A DNA stretch of 64,000 nucleotides. Origin: Desulfuromonadales bacterium (GTDB lineage Bacteria > Desulfobacterota > Desulfuromonadia > Desulfuromonadales > JAHYIW01). Under the pieces are notes generated by a model. The model was not told the DNA's origin. It searched no databases and saw nothing but the letters and a program-made list of their open reading frames with translations. Positions 58,524-64,000 of the stretch are shown here, in pieces (the first letter of the stretch is position 1; every line of letters begins with the position of its first letter). The position numbers were made by a program, and so were the translations under genes. The stretch is taken from assembly GCA_029210745.1 (NCBI GenBank), contig JARGFI010000006.1:6509-70508 (forward strand). Reading direction: 5' to 3'.

Positions 58524-58526
58524 GGG

Positions 58527-59459
58527 TTATCTGCTGCTCTGGATGTAGCGATAGAACTCTGAATCGGTCGATAATACCAGCCGTGAATTCCCCTTGATGG
58601 CCTTGCGATAGGCTTCCAGCGTGCGCGTCAGGGCGTAGAATTTAGCATCCTGATTGTATGCTGCGGCGTAGATCGCTGCGGCTTCGGCATCTGCCTGCCC
58701 GCGTAATTCAACGGCGGTGCGATAGGCCTCTGACTCGATGCGCTTGAGCTCTTTCTGCATCTGCCCGAGGATATCGGCTTTTTCCCCTTCCCCCTCGGAA
58801 CGATACTGCGCCGCGACCTTTTTCCGCTCGGAAATCATCCGCTCGTAAACGCGTTGACGCACCTGTTCAACGTAGTTGATCCGCTTGATCTGGACATCGA
58901 TCAGGTCGATGCCGTAGTCGGGGGTGTTGGCGCGGGCCTTGTCAAGGATTCCGGCCAGAATTTCCTCTCGTCCGGTGAGGTCCTTGAGATCAATAATATC
59001 GCCGTCGACATTGAAGGTCTCTTCAATTTCACCGGCGCTGGTCCGGTATTCACGGCCACGTACCAATTCTACCAGTAAATGTCCCGAGACTGCGTCGCGA
59101 ACCACTGAGTCGATAATATCGTCAAGACGACTGAGGGCACCGTTTTCGGTTGCGACGGTAGTATAAAATTTCAGCGGATCGGAAATTTTCCAGCGTGCCG
59201 TGGTGTCGACCCAGATATATTTTTTATCCTTGGTTGGTATCTGGTTCGGATCGCCGTCCCATTTGAGGATGCGCTTCTGAAAACGATGGATGTCCTGCAC
59301 CAGCGGCAGCTTGAATTTCAGGCCGGCGTCGGTGACGACCTTGATCGGATCACCAAACTGGGTCACCAGCGCTTGTTCCCCCTCTTTGACGACATAAAGA
59401 CCGCTTTGACCGACCATGACGACAATTATGGCCACAATAATCAGGAGTTGTTTTTTCAT
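58527..59459 (-). CDS. hflC: Protease modulator HflC (SPFH/band 7)
   Basis: N-terminal TM helix, an SPFH domain, and typical HflC strings (YVVKEGEQALVTQFG, GIDLIDVQIKRINY). It overlaps the hflK stop by 4 nt. Confidence 0.95.
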   Translation of the reverse strand: MKKQLLIIVAIIVVMVGQSGLYVVKEGEQALVTQFGDPIKVVTDAGLKFKLPLVQDIHRFQKRILKWDGDPNQIPTKDKKYIWVDTTARWKISDPLKFYTTVATENGALSRLDDIIDSVVRDAVSGHLLVELVRGREYRTSAGEIEETFNVDGDIIDLKDLTGREEILAGILDKARANTPDYGIDLIDVQIKRINYVEQVRQRVYERMISERKKVAAQYRSEGEGEKADILGQMQKELKRIESEAYRTAVELRGQADAEAAAIYAAAYNQDAKFYALTRTLEAYRKAIKGNSRLVLSTDSEFYRYIQSSR

Positions 59460-60481
59460 GATTTGCCCCCTTTAAGTTCGCCGCGCAGCGGCAGGAGAGG
59501 GAGCGCTCCCGAACCTTTTTCGTCGATCAGGTAAAGCTCTTCAACTTGTGGCAGGACGTCCTCCATGGTTTCCAGGTAAAGGCGTTTGCGCATCACTTCG
59601 GGAGCCTTGCGGTACTCTTTCAGCAGCGCGGTGAAGCGATCAGCTTCCCCTTTGGCCATATTGATGCGTTCCAGGGCATATCCCTCGGCGTTGAGGATGG
59701 TGTTTTTTGCCACCCCTTTGGCTTTGGGAACTTCGCGGTTATATTGCTCGCGGGCCTGGAAAATAAGGCTCTCTTTCTGTTGCTCGGCCTCGTTGACTTC
59801 GTTGAATGCGGCCTTGACCGGATCAGGCGGGTTGACGTCCTGGAACTTGACGGTAACGATGCGCACACCGATGTCGTAATTGTTGAGCACTTCCTGCAGG
59901 TTGCTCTCGATCCTGGCAGCAAGCTCTGCCCGTTCGGTGGTCAGAACCTCGGTCACGTTTGAATTGCCGATGATGCGGCGGACGATCGCCTCGGCGACGT
60001 CACGGATTGTCTGTTCCGGGTATTTGATTTTGAACAGAAATTTGTACGGGTCGGAGACCTGATACTGGACAATCCATTCAATATCACTTACATTGAGGTC
60101 GCCGGTCAGGGTCAGTGATTCTTCATCTAGTCCCGTTTTGCTGTAGGTGCTGCGCACCCCTGCAGCGACGGTGCGAAAACCAAACTCCTCCTTGAGCACC
60201 CGACCGGTTTTTACGAGATAGATCTGGTCGACGCCGAGTGGAATCTTGAAGCGCAAGCCCGGCTCTGAGAAACCGATAAAGCGCCCGAAACGCAGGACAA
60301 CGCCAGTCTGCTCAGTGTCGACGGTGTAAAAGCTGGTATTGCCGACCAGAAACAACAAGAAAACCAGACCGATGAGCACAAATGTTTTGCGCCCTGGTCC
60401 TTTGCCGGTGAAGTGTTTACCAAGTTCCCGGACTTTTTTTTCGAACTGGTCGCCCGGAGGCTCCCATTTCCAGTCGTTCAT
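59456..60481 (-). CDS. hflK: Protease modulator HflK (SPFH/band 7)
   Basis: TM helix, an SPFH domain (FYTVDTEQTGVVLRFGRF, GVRIVTVKFQDVNPP), and a coiled-coil C-terminus. Start at the ATG at 60481. Confidence 0.95.
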   Translation of the reverse strand: MNDWKWEPPGDQFEKKVRELGKHFTGKGPGRKTFVLIGLVFLLFLVGNTSFYTVDTEQTGVVLRFGRFIGFSEPGLRFKIPLGVDQIYLVKTGRVLKEEFGFRTVAAGVRSTYSKTGLDEESLTLTGDLNVSDIEWIVQYQVSDPYKFLFKIKYPEQTIRDVAEAIVRRIIGNSNVTEVLTTERAELAARIESNLQEVLNNYDIGVRIVTVKFQDVNPPDPVKAAFNEVNEAEQQKESLIFQAREQYNREVPKAKGVAKNTILNAEGYALERINMAKGEADRFTALLKEYRKAPEVMRKRLYLETMEDVLPQVEELYLIDEKGSGALPLLPLRGELKGGKS

Positions 60482-60777
60482 GAATAACCCTTTCATTTTA
60501 GTGCCCTGTGACTCACGGGACTTCGAAAGATTGCGCAGGGCTTTGATGTGTCAGCAAGGCGCGAAAGATTGTGGGTGACAGGGTACTAGCATTAATGGCG
60601 ACATTTTAATCGCGCACAAGCATAACACACCCAACCGGTGATGCAAGCAATTCCGGGTGCAATTTCAGATGTCAATAGCGGATGCGAGCCCTTGTTGATT
60701 GCGCTATAATTGTGGTAGGATCATCTCAGGCAGGTTGCCCGTGTTGTCAAACCGCTGCCCGTTACGGAGATTAAGTA

Positions 60778-61092
60778 GTGAGCAAGTCAATTCCCAGCGA
60801 TGCAACCGGCGTTGATAGCCGGTCCCAGAACAAGGTTGGCGCACCCCCCCTTTTCCAGGTGTTGTTGCACAACGACGATTACACCACCATGGAGTTTGTG
60901 GTTACGGTGCTGGAGACCGTTTTTCGCAAGTCGCCTACCGAGGCCAACCGGATCATGTTGCATGTTCATGTCAAGGGGGCGGGGGTCTGCGGACATTATC
61001 CTTACGCAGTGGCCGAAACCAAGGTCGCCAAGGTCCATGCTCTGGCGCGCGCCGAAGGTTATCCTTTGCGGTGCAGTCTCGAAGAGGTCTAG
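60778..61092 (+). CDS. clpS: ATP-dependent Clp protease adaptor ClpS
   Basis: Core string FQVLLHNDDYTTMEFVVTVLETVF...A..IM..VH..G. Confidence 0.95.
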   Translation: MSKSIPSDATGVDSRSQNKVGAPPLFQVLLHNDDYTTMEFVVTVLETVFRKSPTEANRIMLHVHVKGAGVCGHYPYAVAETKVAKVHALARAEGYPLRCSLEEV

Positions 61093-61095
61093 TCG

Positions 61096-63375
61096 ATGTC
61101 GGAAATGTTCAACCAGTCAGTGCAGATTGCTTTTTCTCTTGCGGTGCGTGAAGCTCAGCGGCGTCATCACGAATATCTGACCGCCGAACATGTGCTTTAT
61201 GCCATCCTTTTTGAAGAGAGCGGGCAGGAGATCATTCGCGGCTGCGGTGGTGAAGTTGAGTCGTTGCGAACGCTCCTCGACGAGTTTCTCACCACCCAGC
61301 TGGAAGCCTTTCCCGGACACGAGGACGAGGTCGAGATCCCGGACCAGACTATCGCCCTGCAGCGGATTCTGCAACGCACCATTTTGCACATGAACTCCGC
61401 TGGTCAGCATGAGGTCGGACTTGGCGATGTGCTGGCAGCGATCATGGAAGAAAAGAACTCCCACGCCGCATGGTTTTTGCTCCAGCAGGGGATTACCCGG
61501 CTGGATGTCCTTGACTACATTTCTCATCGGGTGTCGAAAGCTTCGACCGGCGCGGTGGAGGCACCGGGAAGCGCAGCTCCTCCGGGAGAATCCGAGCCTG
61601 TCCCGGAAGGGGGCAAGGGTGGGGCGAAACGTGATCCGCTGGCGGCATTTACCGTCAACCTGGTGGCACGGGCCAGGGCGGGCAAGATCGACCCGTTGAT
61701 CGGGCGCACCCGCGAATTGCAACGCACCGCCCAGGTGCTCTGTCGACGGCGCAAGAACAACCCGATCTTTGTCGGCGATCCGGGGGTGGGGAAGACCGCT
61801 CTGGCCGAAGGGCTGGCGCTGATGATCCAGGCGGGAGACGCACCTGATCTGCTGCTGGAACGCGATATCTACGCCCTTGATCTCGGTGCGCTGCTGGCCG
61901 GCACAAAGTTTCGCGGTGATTTCGAGGAACGACTCAAGGCGGTGATCAACGCGCTGCGTAAAGAGGAAGGTGCGATCCTCTTCATTGACGAGATTCATAC
62001 GATCATCGGTGCCGGAGCGACCAGCGGTGGCTCCCTTGATGCCTCCAATATTCTCAAACCGCTGCTCGCCGACGGCGAGTTACGCTGTATCGGTTCCACA
62101 ACGTACGAGGAATACAAAAATCTGTTCGAAAAAGATCGCGCCTTATCCAGGCGTTTCCAGAAGATCGATGTGCCGGAACCTTCGGTGGAAGAGACGGTTG
62201 CGATTCTTAAAGGCTTGCGCTCGCAGTACGCCGAGCATCACGGGGCCACCTACAGCGATGCCGCGCTGCGGGCAGCGGCGGAGCTGTCGTCACGGCACAT
62301 CAACTACCGTTATCTGCCGGACAAAGCCATCGATGTGATCGATGAAGCGGGTGCGGCGTTTCGGCTCAGCGGTGGCAGCGGAACGATTGGCGTGGCCGAA
62401 ATCGAGGCAGTCGTCGCCGGCATGGCGCGGATTCCGGAACGTACGGTCTCGCTGACCGATCGTCGCCGACTGAAGTATCTGGATCGCGACTTAAAGCGCC
62501 AGGTTTTCGGCCAGGATGTTGCGCTGGAAGCGTTGGCGCGGTCGGTACTGCGCGGACGTGCCGGTCTCGGTCATCCGGAACGGCCGGTTGGTTCATTCCT
62601 CTTTACCGGTCCGACCGGCGTTGGCAAGACCGAAGCGGCCCGTCAACTGGCGCGTCAGCTCGGGGTGGAGTTTATTCGCTTCGACATGAGTGAATACATG
62701 GAAAAACACTCTGTTGCCCGGCTGATCGGCGCGCCCCCCGGTTATGTTGGTTTTGACCAGGGCGGCTTACTGACTGACGCGGTCGTTAAATCGCCCTACG
62801 CGGTATTGCTCCTTGACGAGATTGAAAAGGCTCACCCTGATCTGTTCAATATCCTGTTGCAGATCATGGATCACGGCACCCTGACCGACAACAACGGCAA
62901 GCAGGCTGATTTTCGCAATGTCGTGTTGATCATGACCAGCAATGTCGGTGCGCGGGAGATGAGTGCCACGCCAATCGGCTTCGGCGACATCGCGTTGGGT
63001 AATGCCAACCGCGAAGTGGAAAAGATGTTTTCCCCCGAATTCCGCAACCGCCTCGACGCCATCATCTCCTTCAAGCATCTCGATCAGGGGGTGATGGAGA
63101 AGGTTGTCGAGAAATTTGTCCGCGAATTGTGTGAACGGCTTGACGAACGCAAGGTCTCCCTGACCCTCTCGGCTGCGGCGCGAACCGATTTGGCCCGACG
63201 CGGCTACGATCCGGTCTTCGGCGCGCGTCCGCTGGCGCGGTTGATCGAAAGCGAAATCGCCGATGCGCTGGTCAACGAGCTGCTCTTCGGCAAGCTGCGC
63301 AAGGGTGGCAAGGTCAATATCGGTTTGCGTAATGCCAAGCTGCAATTCCGCATAACCCCTTCGGTTCGTCATTAA
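61096..63375 (+). CDS. clpA: ATP-dependent Clp protease ATP-binding subunit ClpA
   Basis: Clp N domain, two AAA+ modules (GDPGVGKTA ... ILFIDEIH; GPTGVGKTE ... LLLDEIEKAH), and no ClpB-type middle domain. Length 759 aa. Confidence 0.97.
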   Translation: MSEMFNQSVQIAFSLAVREAQRRHHEYLTAEHVLYAILFEESGQEIIRGCGGEVESLRTLLDEFLTTQLEAFPGHEDEVEIPDQTIALQRILQRTILHMNSAGQHEVGLGDVLAAIMEEKNSHAAWFLLQQGITRLDVLDYISHRVSKASTGAVEAPGSAAPPGESEPVPEGGKGGAKRDPLAAFTVNLVARARAGKIDPLIGRTRELQRTAQVLCRRRKNNPIFVGDPGVGKTALAEGLALMIQAGDAPDLLLERDIYALDLGALLAGTKFRGDFEERLKAVINALRKEEGAILFIDEIHTIIGAGATSGGSLDASNILKPLLADGELRCIGSTTYEEYKNLFEKDRALSRRFQKIDVPEPSVEETVAILKGLRSQYAEHHGATYSDAALRAAAELSSRHINYRYLPDKAIDVIDEAGAAFRLSGGSGTIGVAEIEAVVAGMARIPERTVSLTDRRRLKYLDRDLKRQVFGQDVALEALARSVLRGRAGLGHPERPVGSFLFTGPTGVGKTEAARQLARQLGVEFIRFDMSEYMEKHSVARLIGAPPGYVGFDQGGLLTDAVVKSPYAVLLLDEIEKAHPDLFNILLQIMDHGTLTDNNGKQADFRNVVLIMTSNVGAREMSATPIGFGDIALGNANREVEKMFSPEFRNRLDAIISFKHLDQGVMEKVVEKFVRELCERLDERKVSLTLSAAARTDLARRGYDPVFGARPLARLIESEIADALVNELLFGKLRKGGKVNIGLRNAKLQFRITPSVRH

Positions 63376-63378
63376 TCG

Positions 63379-64000
63379 GTGCCGATCTATCGCCTTTCGC
63401 ATCAACTGAGTTTCCCCCCCTCCGAGCATGCCGAGCCGGCCGGTCTGTTGGCGGTCGGCGCCGATCTGTCCCCCAAACGGCTGCTGTTGGCCTATTCGTC
63501 CGGCATCTTCCCCTGGTATAACGAAGGTGAACCAATCCTCTGGTGGTCCCCCGATCCGCGCTGTGTGCTGTTGCCCGAGCAGCTCCATGTATCACAGCGG
63601 CTGTTGCGAACCATCAGGCAGGGGCGTTTTCGTGTCACTGTTAATCGTGCTTTCAGGAAGGTTGTCACGGCGTGCGCCACAACCCCCCGTCATGGGCATG
63701 GCGGTACCTGGATTACCGCCGAGATGCTTGCTGCTTATGTTCACCTGCATCGCCTGGGTTATGCCCACTCGGTCGAATGCTGGGCCGATGGCGAGCTGGC
63801 CGGTGGTATTTACGGGGTCTGTCTGGGGCGTTGCTTCTTCGGCGAATCGATGTTTCACCGTCAGACCGATGCCTCAAAGGTGGCGTTCGTGGCGTTGGTT
63901 GAACGTTTGTGTGAACGCGATTTTGTCCTCCTTGATTGTCAGCAGACCACCGGACATCTGCTGCGTTTCGGTGCGCGGGACGTCACGCGCCGGGAGTTCC
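63379..64000 (+). CDS. aat: Leucyl/phenylalanyl-tRNA--protein transferase; the 3' end lies beyond the window
   Basis: The frame is open from the GTG at 63379 to the window end. The strings are GLLAVGADLSPKRLLLAYSSGIFPW, PILWWSPDPR, GELAGGIYGV..G..FFGESMF and DCQ. It is not in the ORF track because no stop falls in the window. Confidence 0.9.
   Translation, partial: MPIYRLSHQLSFPPSEHAEPAGLLAVGADLSPKRLLLAYSSGIFPWYNEGEPILWWSPDPRCVLLPEQLHVSQRLLRTIRQGRFRVTVNRAFRKVVTACATTPRHGHGGTWITAEMLAAYVHLHRLGYAHSVECWADGELAGGIYGVCLGRCFFGESMFHRQTDASKVAFVALVERLCERDFVLLDCQQTTGHLLRFGARDVTRREF

Overview
64 kb of gene-dense (~90% coding), GC-rich (visually ~55-60% GC) bacterial chromosome. Gene content and the dense palindromic REP-type repeats suggest a Desulfuromonadales/Geobacter-like deltaproteobacterium; this is inference only. 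Most of the window is housekeeping: an RND efflux pump tail, def, heme genes (AhbD-like radical SAM, hemE, hemH), cbpA, rbgA, an MFS pump and a trp operon (trpE-G-D-C-B2-F-B ... trpA). It continues with accD-folC-lptD, acyP-ligA, ispG, a Lon-like protease, a TAXI-TRAP transporter, yajD, aroE-aroK, rubrerythrin, sensor kinases, sfsA, rmuC, hflKC and clpS-clpA-aat. I recognised no rRNA, tRNA, CRISPR array, transposase, integrase or reverse transcriptase. Accessory content sits in four places. (1) A ~5.4 kb islet between hemE and hemH holds three tandem MNT/HEPN toxin-antitoxin modules (two decayed), an exported FGE-fold protein, a 60-aa ORF, an exported TPR-caspase and several REP/MITE-like repeat families. 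(2) A RelBE-type pair lies upstream of hemE. (3) A lower-GC ParDE-like pair lies between aroK and rbr. (4) A lower-GC cassette between hflC and rmuC holds an untracked 58-aa zinc-ribbon ORF and a CheY-like receiver gene with a TAA at codon 3. My best candidate for an undescribed system is the exported FGE-fold + TPR-caspase pair. Other points worth a second look are a tandem-MshEN (c-di-GMP-type) + GAF protein, a sigma-54 promoter for the TRAP operon and a biotinyl/lipoyl-like barrel without the modifiable lysine inside the TRAP permease. Further points are small zinc-ribbon ORFs below the 60-aa track cut-off, an acpH relic and a REP unit that supplies the trpF stop codon. All family assignments come from reading the translations; no searches were run.
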